Below, in pieces: positions 14,058-26,069 of a stretch of 64,000 nt of DNA. The notes under the pieces are model-generated. The model was not told where the DNA came from. It saw only the letters and a list, made by a program, of their open reading frames with translations, and did no database searches. The stretch is from Macrostomum hystrix (lineage: Eukaryota; Animalia; Platyhelminthes), in contig CATNEN010000038.1 of assembly GCA_950097015.1 (NCBI GenBank), positions 2,170,001 to 2,234,000 on the forward strand, given 5' to 3'. The position numbers and the translations under genes were made by a program. Every line of letters starts with the position of its first letter. The stretch's first letter is position 1.

Positions 14058-14458
14058 CCTCTCTCTTATCGCTCTCTCCATTATCCTCTCTATCTTATCG
14101 CTCTCTCCCTTATCGCTCTCTCCCTTATCGCTCTCTCCCTTATCGCTCTCTCCCTTATCGATCTCTCCCTTATCGCTCTCTCCCTTATCGCTCTCTCCCT
14201 TATCGATCTCTCCGTTATGGATCTCTCCCTTATCACTCTCTCCCTTATCGCTCTCTCCCTTATCGATCTCTCCGTTATCGATCTCTCCCTTATCACTCTC
14301 TCCCTTATCGCTCTCTCCGTTATCGATCTCTCCCTTATCACTCTCTCCCTTATCGCTCTCTCCGTTATCGATCTCTCCCTTATCACTCTCTCCCTTATCG
14401 CTCTCTCCGTTATCGATCTCTCCCTTATCGCTCTCTCCCTCTCCCTCTCCCTTATCGC
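14058..14458. repeat. 15-bp minisatellite (CTCTCTCCCTTATCG)
   Basis: Direct inspection. Confidence 0.95.
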
Positions 14459-15049
14459 TGCTTTCTGTTCTATGCACATTTCTATGCACGTAGTGAAGAT
14501 CGACTCGCCAATTCTGTCTTGCCGAAATCCCCTAAGTTGTAATCCGATCTGAAATTGAATTTTTTAATTAAAACAGAACTAGAAGAAGCTCGTTTAAAAT
14601 ATTCAAAGTTGTATTTTCTTTAAACGAGCGTACAGTTCAGAACACAACAAGCACTTTTAGCCGAGGCCTTTATGGAATTCATTAAAAATCCATTATACAA
14701 GCCTAAGGTTTATAGACACTTGACCAAAACAAGAGAACGTGATATTATATTTCTGTTAATGGTAGGACACAGAATCTAGAAGCTGCTGCTGCTGCTCACA
14801 GGTTGCCTCTCACCCCTGTCAATCAAACCCTAGGCAGTGGGCCCAATATACTCAGAGGTGTCTGCCTGCGTGAGAAGTGCAGCGAATCGCTGAGTCTGGG
14901 ACCTCCGCCCAGATATCTGAGCACAGTTATAAAGCCAACCAATCAGCTCAGTGAGCTGATGCAGCTGGTATTAATGGCTAATGCAGCTTCACCTTTAGCA
15001 GTAGAAAGGCGAAACTTTTCCTGAGAAACACAGTGTCAAGATAATTGCC

Positions 15050-15189
15050 ATGTCTTTCCTGCAAATTCCTTCCCTGATGGTGAACCAGGTGGAGGAGAGC
15101 TTCGGTGTTATCGGAGATCTGCAGCACTTTCAGCAACAGCAGCAGCAGCAGCAGCACAAGACGAGGACAAGAAGGCATACCCTAGCAAT
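15050..15189 (+). CDS. Candidate alternative first PDE4 exon (MSFLQIPSLMVNQ...QQQQQHKTRTRRHTLA)
   Basis: GCCATG start, open frame, AT|GTGAGT phase-2 donor, RRHT basic kinase-type motif. Confidence 0.6.
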
Positions 15190-15214
15190 GTGAGTTGATG
15201 GTCTGAGGGTCTCT

Positions 15215-15815
<601 letters not shown>

Positions 15816-16324
15816 GTTTTCTTGATTCTGGTTTATGCAGATTTCGTAAAAGCTTCCAATTGGCAATGGATTCTTTTCAATGCAGCAGAGATTGAAATTT
15901 GAGTGTTTTCGCATTAAAATAATTTATATTCCTTTGTAAAGCTTTCATGGAATCTTTCTGAGACTGATTGAACTAGATTTTATGCTAATTTTAACACGGA
16001 TTTTTCAAGATACACGAGCTAGAAACAGATACTTTATTACATGTTTCTGTTGAACTGATAAAAGTAATTTTTAAATTCGAGAACGTTTTTCTTGCATAGA
16101 ATTTCGCATTTCTACTAGCAGTAGCCAATAAAAGCGTTCGGATCGGGGAAGCAATAAAGTTAAGAACGATTGTGACGTTGCTGATTTAGATGCGCAGAAT
16201 TAGTAGCTGGATCCTTGTCGACTGGTTAGCAATAAGATGAAAATATTTCTCGATAATGTAGGCAGGTACAGAAGAACTGGTACATGGATAAAATGACAAC
16301 TAAGCCCAGTCCATCACTCAAAAT

Positions 16325-18475
16325 CAACAGTCCAACACCCAAAACCCACAGTCCATCATCCAAAACCCACAGTCCATCATTCTAAACCCACAGTCCATCA
16401 TCCAAAACCCATTGTCCAACATCCAAAACCCATTGTCCAACATCCAAAACCCATTGTCCAACATCCAAAACCTACAGTCTATCATCCAAAACCCATTGTC
16501 CAACATCCAAAACCTACAGTCTATCATCCAAAACCCATTGTCCAACATCCAAAACCCAGAGTCCATTATCTTAAACCCACAGTCCTAGACCCAAAACCCA
16601 CAGTCCATCATCCGAAACCCACAGTCCAACATCCAAAACCTATTGTCCAACATCCAAAACCTACAGTCTATCATCCAAAACCCATTGTCCAACATCCAAA
16701 ACCCACAGTCCATCATCCAAAACCCATTGTCCAACATCCAAAAACCACAGTCCATCATCCAAAACCCATTGTCCATCATCCAAAACCCATTGTCCAACAT
16801 CCAAAACCCAGAGTCCATCATCCAAAACCCATTGTCCAACATCCAAAAACCACAGTCTATCATCCAAAACCCATTGTCCAACATCCAAAACCCATTGTCC
16901 AACATCCAAAACCCACAGTCCATCATCCAAAACCCATTGTCCAACATCCAAAACCCATTGTCCAACATCCAAAACCCACAGTCCATCATCCTAAAACCGC
17001 AGTCTAACACCCAAAACCCGCAGTCCATTATCTTAAACCCACAGTCCTAGACCCAAAACCCACAGTCCATCATCCGAAACCCACAGTCCAACATCCAAAA
17101 CCTATTGTCCAACATCCAAAACCCACAGTCCATCATCCAAAACCCATTGTCCAACATCCAAAACCCACAGTCCATCATCCAAAACCCATTGTCCAACATC
17201 CAAAAACCACAGTCTATCATCCAAAACCCATTGTCCAACATCCAAAACCCATTGTCCAACATCCAAAACCCACAGTCCATCATCCAAAACCCATTGTCCA
17301 ACATCCAAAACCCATTGTCCAACATCCAAAAACCACAGTCCATCATCCAAAACCCATTGTCCAACATCCAAAACCCACAGTCCATCATCCAAAACCCATT
17401 GTCCAACATCCAAAACCCATTGTCCAACATCCAAAACCCACAGTCCATCATCCTAAAACCGCAGTCTAACACCCAAAACCCGCAGTCCATTATCTTAAAC
17501 CCACAGTCCTAGACCCAAAACCCACAGTCCATCATCCGAAACCCACAGTCCAACATCCAAAACCTATTGTCCAACATCCAAAACCTACAGTCTATCATCC
17601 AAAACCCATTGTCCAACATCCAAAACCCAGAGTCCATCATCCAAAACCCATTGTCCAACATCCAAAAACCACAGTCTATCATCCAAAACCCATTGTCCAA
17701 CATCCAAAACCCATTGTCCAACATCCAAAACCCACAGTCCATCATCCAAAACCCATTGTCCAACATCCAAAACCCATTGTCCAACATCCAAAACCCACAG
17801 TCCATCATCCTAAAACCGCAGTCTAACACCCAAAACCCGCAGTCCATTATCTTAAACCCACAGTCCTAGACCCAAAACCCACAGTCCATCATCCGAAACC
17901 CACAGTCCAACATCCAAAACCTATTGTCCAACATCCAAAACCCACAGTCCATCATCCAAAACCCATTGTCCAACATCCAAAACCCACAGTCCATCATCCA
18001 AAACCCATTGTCCAACATCCAAAAACCACAGTCTATCATCCAAAACCCATTGTCCAACATCCAAAACCCATTGTCCAACATCCAAAACCCACAGTCCATC
18101 ATCCAAAACCCATTGTCCAACATCCAAAACCCATTGTCCAACATCCAAAAACCACAGTCCATCATCCAAAACCCATTGTCCAACATCCAAAACCCATTGT
18201 CCAACATCCAAAACCCATTGTCCAACATCCAAAACCCATTGTCCATCATCCAAAACCCACAGTCCATCATCCTAAAACCACAGTCTAACACCCAAAACCC
18301 GCAGTCCATTATCTTAAACCCACAGTCCTAGACCCAAAACCCACAGTCCATCATCCGAAACCCACAGTCCAACATCCAAAACCCACAGTCCATCATCCAA
18401 AACCCACAGTCCATCATCCAAAACCCACAGTCCAACATCCAAAACCCACGTACAGTCCAACATCCAAAACCCATT
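16325..18475. repeat. 21-bp minisatellite (TCCAAAACCCATTGTCCAACA) with higher-order repeats
   Basis: Marker CCTAGACCC recurs at ~16584, 17046, 17508, 17865 and 18327 (462/462/357/462 bp). Confidence 0.95.
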
Positions 18476-19052
18476 TTAATCTTGGGGGGGTAATTTTTAG
18501 TTTTGATAATTAGTAAGTTCAGGAATATTAGCCAAATGCTTTAACCTTTGCCCTGGGATACCCATGCAATCTATGTGTGGTTCCATGCACTCATTTGAAT
18601 TCTCCTTAATTGTGTCGCTAATCAACTAATTCCCGTTTTCATTAGCAAATTTTGTTCTGGCAAATCTACAGCCAGCACAGTATGCAGTGAAGAGGCAGAT
18701 TAATTAGCTTGTAATTAATTACCAGGGCAGAGAATGCCCAGCTCTCACCGGAGCCCTCGGGTAGTCAGGAAGTTGATTGAGCTCAGCTTATTGGACTCAC
18801 AAACCTCAGGTACCACAACTATCAACTATACAAACACATTAGCCTGGCCAGTTGCATTATGTGCATATAGCTTTAACTGCATTGATAATTGCAAGGCATG
18901 TACTTACCGTTTGGGGTGGTTGCAGCAGCGAGTGCATAAGAGTACACGCGCAAATATAATATATATTCTCACAAATTCAGTACTGCCGACTAGAAATCTG
19001 TCCTAGCAGATTTTACTAGATAAATTTCATTGAGTGATAACTAGCTGAAGCC

Positions 19053-19303
19053 ATGGACAATGAGACTGTCAATCTATCACCTATTTCATCGCCAAATATG
19101 GAGCACAAGCAGCAGTTGCTTTCAACCCTGAGTCGAATTTCTAGTCGAAAATCAGTTTATCTACAACACCGAAGCTCATCTGCTCCTTCATCAAGCCACT
19201 CAAATTCTCAGTCGCTGCAGCAGCAACTGCTTTTGCTATCACGAAAAGCTTCCGTTACAATGGGCAACTCTCGAAGACAAAACGTTCGCGTTTTGAGAAA
19301 AAG
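19053..19303 (+). CDS. Candidate alternative first PDE4 exon (MDNETVNLSP...VRVLRK)
   Basis: GCCATGG start, 83 codons open, AG|GTAGGT phase-2 donor giving S-FDEN when joined to 24931. Confidence 0.55.
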
Positions 19304-19400
19304 GTAGGTCTTTGTAGGGTCGCATTTTGAGAAAAGGGTAGGTCTTTGTAGGGTCGCGTTTTGAGAAAATGGTAGGTCTTTGTAGGGTCGCATTTTGAGA
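19284..19400. repeat. 34-bp tandem triplication containing a splice donor
   Basis: GTAGGT at 19304, 19338 and 19372. Confidence 0.9.
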
Positions 19401-19475
19401 ACAATCTTTCTGGTAGTTGATTGAACTGCTTGACTTGGGTTAGATGGGACTGGACTGCAAACTGAAAGACTGGGT

Positions 19476-20152
19476 TGTCTTCTTGATGGACTGCATCAGC
19501 CTTGACCCATCACAGTGGTGTCTTCTTGATGGACTGCATCAGCCTTGACCCATCACAGTGGTGTCTTCTTGATGGACTGCATCAGCCTTGAACCATCACA
19601 GTGGTGTCTTCTTGATGGACTGCATCAGCCTTGAACCACCACAGTGGTGTCTTCTTGATGGACTGCATCAGCCTTGACCCATCACAGTGGTGTCTTCTTG
19701 ATGGACTGCATCAGCCTTGACCCATCACAGTGGTGTCTTCTTGATGGACTGCATCAGCCTTGACCCATCACAGTGGTGTCTTCTTGATGGACTGCATCAG
19801 CCTTGACCCATCACAGTGGTGTCTTCTTGATGGACTGCATCAGCCTTGACCCATCACAGTGGTGTCTTCTTGATGGACTGCATCAGCCTTGACCCATCAC
19901 AGTGGTGTCTTCTTGATGGACTGCATCAGCCTTGACCCATCACAGTGGTGTCTTCTTGATGGACTGCATCAGCCTTGACCCATCACAGTGGTGTCTTCTT
20001 GATGGACTGCATCAGCCTTGACCCATCACAGTGGTGTCTTCTTGATGGACTGCATCAGCCTTGACCCATCACAGTGGTGTCTTCTTGATGGACTGCATCA
20101 GCCTTGACCCATCACAGTGGTGTCTTCTTGATGGACTGCATCAGCCTTGACG
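19476..20152. repeat. 43-bp minisatellite (TGTCTTCTTGATGGACTGCATCAGCCTTGACCCATCACAGTGG), ~16 copies
   Basis: Direct inspection; near-identical copies. Confidence 0.97.
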
Positions 20153-20482
20153 CACTGGGGTGTCTTCCAAATTGAGCTCAACAAGCAGGTGCAGTGATTG
20201 AGCACAGCCCAATTCTTCCTCTATCTAGAACAGACACCCCATTCCACTGCCTTCTTCGGAGAGCGCTCAAGTGTCCGAAAGCCACTCAGGGGTTGGCAGA
20301 GAGAGGGGGGTGGGGCAGAGACAGCTGACTGGCTCAAAATTGGGGAAGCCGAGCTGTACGGGATTGGAAGACCGACTAGAAAAATCGTTTGCTGTGCTCA
20401 ACTCGACAAATCGAGTCGAATCGAGCTGCGGCACTCTGGTCGGATCAAGCAGCATTGTCCGTGCCGCGGATTGAATTTTGAC

Positions 20483-20607
20483 ATGGCAACTTCGACAACT
20501 ACTCGAAGGCTGTCCCGGATGGCTCGAACTGAGAGTGCTCAGGCAGTGACCCCGCGCAGGAGTCTGGCTATGAGCAGACTCAAACCCAAATGGGGAAGAA
20601 CTGCCAG
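20483..20607 (+). CDS. Candidate alternative first PDE4 exon (MATSTTTRRLSRM...KWGRTA)
   Basis: ACATGG start, RRLS/RRS motifs, AG|GTGAGT phase-2 donor compatible with 24931; the frame is open further upstream to 20198. Confidence 0.55.
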
Positions 20608-20685
20608 GTGAGTTACAATTAGTGATGGTTTCAGATTGGTAGATTATAATCCGTAGATAATTAGACTGCAATAAGTCGATAATTA

Positions 20686-20806
20686 AAACTGTAATCAGTA
20701 GATAAGTAGACTGTAATCAGTAGATAAGTAGACTGTAATCAGTAGATAAGTAGACTGTAATCAGTAGATAAGTAGACTGTAATCAATGGATAAGTAGACT
20801 GTAATC
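20686..20806. repeat. 22-bp repeat (ACTGTAATCAGTAGATAAGTAG)
   Basis: Direct inspection. Confidence 0.9.
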
Positions 20807-20929
20807 ACTCAGTTGATTAGTAGACCCTAATTGCTAAATTGGCATATTTTAATCCTTTATATTATCGATTTTAATCCACTACAGTTATAACTTGCAAGGG
20901 GTCAGCCTTTCACATTGTTATTCATGCAG

Positions 20930-21090
20930 TGAGTACACACTCTCATTGTGCCTTGGAGATTGGTCCTCAGTGGTCCTCAAATTGCACGACAAGCCCCCAA
21001 GCGTTCTCTACGTATTTGATGAATTTGGCTCCGTCGCGGATTCGAACTGATGAACTTGGTGTGAGAGGCAGACGAGTTAATCCACCCCAT
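20930..21090 (-). mobile_element. tRNA-derived SINE, family B
   Basis: TACACACTCTCATTGTGCCTTGGAGATTGGTCCTCA...CACGAC is shared with 39072-39215; B-box-like AGTTCGAATCC on the minus strand. Confidence 0.55.
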
Positions 21091-21114
21091 TCAAAATCAC
21101 TTCAGTGTAGGAGC

Positions 21115-21240
21115 GTAAGATCACTCGTAAGATAACTCGTAAGATAACTCGTAAGATAACTCGTAAGATCACTCGTAAGATCACTCGTAAGATTACTCGT
21201 AAGATTACTCGTAACATTAACTCGTAGGATAACTCGTAAG
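21115..21240. repeat. 12-bp repeat (CGTAAGATAACT)
   Basis: Direct inspection. Confidence 0.9.
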
Positions 21241-22043
21241 AGAGCAAGTTAAATGGCATAAGGAAAGTCGATGTACATTCAGATGTACAATACACTCGTC
21301 CACGTCGTGAGTTAAAAGGTTAACATTTTTTTCCCAGCGGCATATCAATTTGTCCCTAAATCAACTTATGTTAGGCAAAGCATTGAGTCTTAGTGAAGAT
21401 AACTAACGCATATAACATTAGAGACGCCACTGTTGCATAAAATGAACCTCCTCAGCTCAAAAGTTATCTGAACTGTTAACATTTCCTATAAATAAAAGAC
21501 TGCAGAAATTAACACGACCCGACAGCTGTACAGGAGAAGGACAAGAAAAAGGCCTTTTGCTTCTAGAGACACTTTTTGCGAATCTATTTAATACGAGTGG
21601 CTTCCGAAACAGCAATAGATTATTCGACTTGAAAACCTGGTCCTCAGGGTTTTGCACGGTTCCCTGCAAATTAGCAATTCGTCGCCAATTGCTGCAGATT
21701 TTGCCAAACCAATTTGAAAAATTTTTCTCATGCGCACCTGCTCCGTGCTCAAAGTCTAGGCCCAGATAGCAGACCAAATGCAGCGAAACGGGAGACAGTC
21801 ACGCTTTCCATTGCGAACAGCCAGTCATTCCACTGCCCTAATACAGACCTTCAGGCCCGGAATTAATTATTCAGACTCGGGGGAGAGCGAAGCAGACAAT
21901 TTTTCAGGTTTCATATTGGCGAATGGCGAATTGGCGAAAACTGGGTCGTCGATGCACCACCGCCATGCAGTTTTTGTCTTAGAGTTCGGAGTTTTTGGTA
22001 TGCGATATTCGCTTGCTGGAGATTTTTGGGTTTTGTTAGATTC

Positions 22044-23002
22044 CAGTTGATTGGTAAAGCGAGGTTTGTGAGGCCTCTGCTTGAGCGCACAACAGTTGAT
22101 TGGTAAAGCGAAGTTTGTGAGGCCTCTGCTTGAGCGCACAATAGTTGATTGGTAAAGCAAAGTTTGTGAGGCCTCTGCTTGAGCGCACAATAGTTGATTG
22201 GTAAAGCAAAGTTTGTGAGGCCTCTGCTTGAGCGCACAACAGTTGATTGGTAAAGCGAGGTTTGTGAGGCCTCTGCTTGAGCGCACAACAGTTGATTGGT
22301 AAAGCGAGGTTTGTGAGGCCTCTGCTTGAGCGCACAACAGTTGATTGTTAAAGCGAAGTTTGTGAGGCCTCTGCTTGAGCGCACAACAGTTGATTGGTAA
22401 AGCGAAGTTTGTGAGGCCTCTGCTTGAGCGCACAATAGTTGATTGGTAAAGCGAAGTTTGTGAGGCCTCTGCTTGAGCGCACAATAGTTGATTGGTAAAG
22501 CGAAGTTTGTCAGGCCTCTGCTTGAGCGCACAACAGTTGATTGGTAAAGCGAGGTTTGTGAGGCCTCTGCTTGAGCGCACAACAGTTGATTGGTAAAGCG
22601 AGGTTTGTGAGGCCTCTGCTTGAGCGCACAATAGTTGATTGGTAAAGCGAGGTTTGTGAGGCCTCTGCTTGAGCGCACAATAGTTGATTGGTAAAGCGAA
22701 GTTTGTGAGGCCTCTGCTTGAGCGCACAATAGTTGATTGGTAAAGCGAAGTTTGTGAGGCCTCTGCTTGAGCGCACAATAGTTGATTGGTAAAGCGAAGT
22801 TTGTGAGGCCTCTGCTTGAGCGCACAATAGTTGATTGGTAAAGCGAAGTTTGTGAGGCCTCTGCTTGAGCGCACAATAGTTGATTGGTAAAGCGAGGTTT
22901 GTGAGGCCTCTGCTTGAGCGCACAATAGTTGATTGGTAAAGCGAGGTTTGTGAGGCCTCTGCTTGAGCGCACAACAGTTGATTGGTAAAGCGAGGTTTGT
23001 GA
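22044..23002. repeat. 49-bp minisatellite, ~19.5 copies
   Basis: Unit CAGTTGATTGGTAAAGCGAGGTTTGTGAGGCCTCTGCTTGAGCGCACAA. Confidence 0.97.
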
Positions 23003-23619
23003 GCATCAAGAAAAGCATGAGTGTATAATGTTCGATTGGTAAATCGAGGTTTGCTTGGCTTAAAAAAAAACATGAGTGTACATTTGTTGATAGGCAAAAT
23101 GGAGGGTTTGCGAGGCTTCTGTTCTGGGTCGTTACGTCTTTGCGTTCAAGCACTGTCTGAGTGCTTATCCATCATTTGAAGAGTTTTTAGCACCTGAGCC
23201 GACAAAGGAATCGTTTGGTGTTTTTCTTAATACTCACATTTGCTAATTGTTGTGTGGGAAAATTATGTCGTTTTTCGAAGAAGACTCGTTGCCTAATATA
23301 AATAAGATGGGGGCAGCTACAGTGGATTACAAAAATCAATCACAGATTTATGTGAACCTCCTATCAAAACTCCCTGACGTCATGTGTGCAAAATCCAGTT
23401 TGCTTTCTACAAAAAATCACGGGTTTATTAACCAATCACATGTGCCATCTTTATGATCATTTATAGCTCATAAAATGAATCATTTTTTCAAAAACAAGGG
23501 CGGTTTAAAAAAACATAAAATTAACTACTGTAATTTCTAAAAAAGACAGTTCATCTAATCTAGTCTACTGTAATCATAGGTGCGATTTCTGCTTCAATCA
23601 AATTATCGATTTCTTTATT

Positions 23620-24870
23620 GTCCATTTCAACTCTAATCACAGGGTCCATTCTAATCACAGTTGTCTATTGTAATCACAGGTGTCTACTGTAATCACAGGG
23701 TCCACTCTAACCACTCTTGTCTATTGTAATCACAGGTGTCTACTGTAATCACAGGGTCCACTATAATCACAGGGTCCACTCTAATCACAGTTGTCTACTG
23801 TAATCACGGGTGTCTACTCTAACCACAGGGTCCACTCTAATCACAGGTGTGTACTGTAATCACGGGTGTCTACTCTAACCACAGGGTCCACTCTAATCAC
23901 AGGTGTGTACTGTAATCACAGGTGTGTACTGTAATCACAGGGGTGTACTGTAATCACAGGTGTGTACTGTAATCACGGGGTACACTCTAATCACAGGTGT
24001 GTACTGTAATCACGGGGTACACTCTAATCACAGGTGTGTACTGTAATCACGGGGTACACTCTAATCACAGGTGTGTACTGTAATCACGGGGTCCACTCTA
24101 ATCACAGGTGTGTACTGTAATCACGGGGTACACTCTAATCACAGGTGTGTACTGTAATCACGGGGTACACTCTAATCACAGGTGTGTACTGTAATCACGG
24201 GGTACACTCTAATCACAGGTGTGTACTGTAATCACGGGGTCCACTCTAGTCACAGGTGTGTACTGTAATCACGGGGTACACTCTAATCACAGGTGTGTAC
24301 TGTAATCACGGGGTACACTCTAATCACAGGTGTGTACTGTAATCACGGGGTACACTCTAATCACAGGTGTGTACTGTAATCACGGGGTACACTCTAATCA
24401 CAGGTGTGTACTGTAATCACGGGGTCCACTCTAATCACAGGTGTGTACTGTAATCACGGGGTACACTCTAATCACAGGTGTGTACTGTAATCACGGGGTA
24501 CACTCTAATCACAGGTGTGTACTGTAATCACGGGGTACACTCTAATCACAGGTGTGTACTGTAATCACGGGGTCCACTCTAATCACAGGTCTGTACTGTA
24601 ATCACGGGGTACACTCTAATCACAGGTCTGTACTGTAATCACGGGGTACACTCTAATCACAGGTCTGTACTGTAATCACGGGGTACACTCTAATCACAGG
24701 TCTGTACTGTAATCACGGGGTACACTCTAATCACAGGTGTGTACTGTAATCACGGGGTACACTCTAATCACAGGTGTCTACTGTAATCACGGGGTCCACT
24801 CTAATCACAGGTGTGTACTGTAATCACGGGGTCCACTCTAATCACAGGTGTGTACTGTAATCACGGGTGT
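23620..24870. repeat. 37-bp (19+18 dimer) minisatellite (CTCTAATCACAGGTGTGTACTGTAATCACGGGGTACA)
   Basis: Direct inspection; ends ~60 bp before the UCR1 exon. Confidence 0.95.
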
Positions 24871-24930
24871 CCATTTCTAATCCAATCGCAGGTTTCATAG
24901 CTCGCCAAAATGCCACTATCCCAAATTCAG

Positions 24931-26032
24931 TTTCGACGAGAACGCGGCTCAGAGACCGGAGGGCAGCGGGGGTCTGATTCTGCAGCACCTGCCGCACCAG
25001 CGCCGGGAGTCCTTCATCTACCGGTCCGACTCCGACTTCGATGTCTCGCCAAGAAACTCGAGACACTCCTCGATCACCGGGGAACTGTGAGTCGATCTCT
25101 ATCGCGTTTTTGTGGGCGAAATAGGCTACTCTAACTACTGATCATTGATGAAATGAGTAGTCAGTTCTGTAGAACAGAAAAACGTTTTTGTTAAGTCAGT
25201 TTTAAACTCAACTCAAAAGATTCTTGATTTGCTACGCTCGAATTATAAAATAATTTTTACCAAATCTCTCTCATCCAATCTCGCTTATCTAATCTCTCTT
25301 ATCTAATCTCTCTTATCTAATCTCTCTTATCTAATCTCTCTTATCTAATCTCTCTTATCTAATCTCTCTTATCTAATCTCTCTTATCTAAACTCTCTTAT
25401 CTAAACTCTCTTATCTAATATCTCTTATCTAATCTCTCTTATCTAAACTCTCTTATCTAATCTCTCTTATCTAATATCTCTTATCTAATCTCTCTTATCT
25501 AATCTCTCTTATCTAATCTCTCTTATCTAATATCTCTTATCTAATCTCTCTTATCTAAACTCTCTTATCTAATCTCTCTTATCTAATCTCTCTTATCTAA
25601 TATCTCTCATCTAATCTCTCTCATCTAATCTCTCTTATCTAATCTCTCTTATCTAAACTCTCTTATCTAATCTCTCTTATCTAATCTCCCTTATCTAATC
25701 TCTCTTATCTATTATCTCTAATCTAATCTTTCTTATCTAAACTCTCTTATCTAATCTCTCTTATTATTCTCTTATCCAATCCATTCTTTATCAGATCTCT
25801 TTTATCCGATCTTGTCCAATACCGCACATTCAATCTCCTTTATCCAGTGTCCCAAGTCCAATATTTTTATCCCATCCAGATGATAAGGGCCAGCCAGAAT
25901 CTGGGGCAGGATAATTACGTCTTTATGAAGATAAGGACGAGCATGACAAGATCGACTTGACGAGTTGTTGTGAGTGGTGTGGGGTTGAGAAAACGCTCGT
26001 TGTAAAGAGGCTTGGCCAGCAGGCGGAATGTT

Positions 26033-26069
<37 letters not shown>

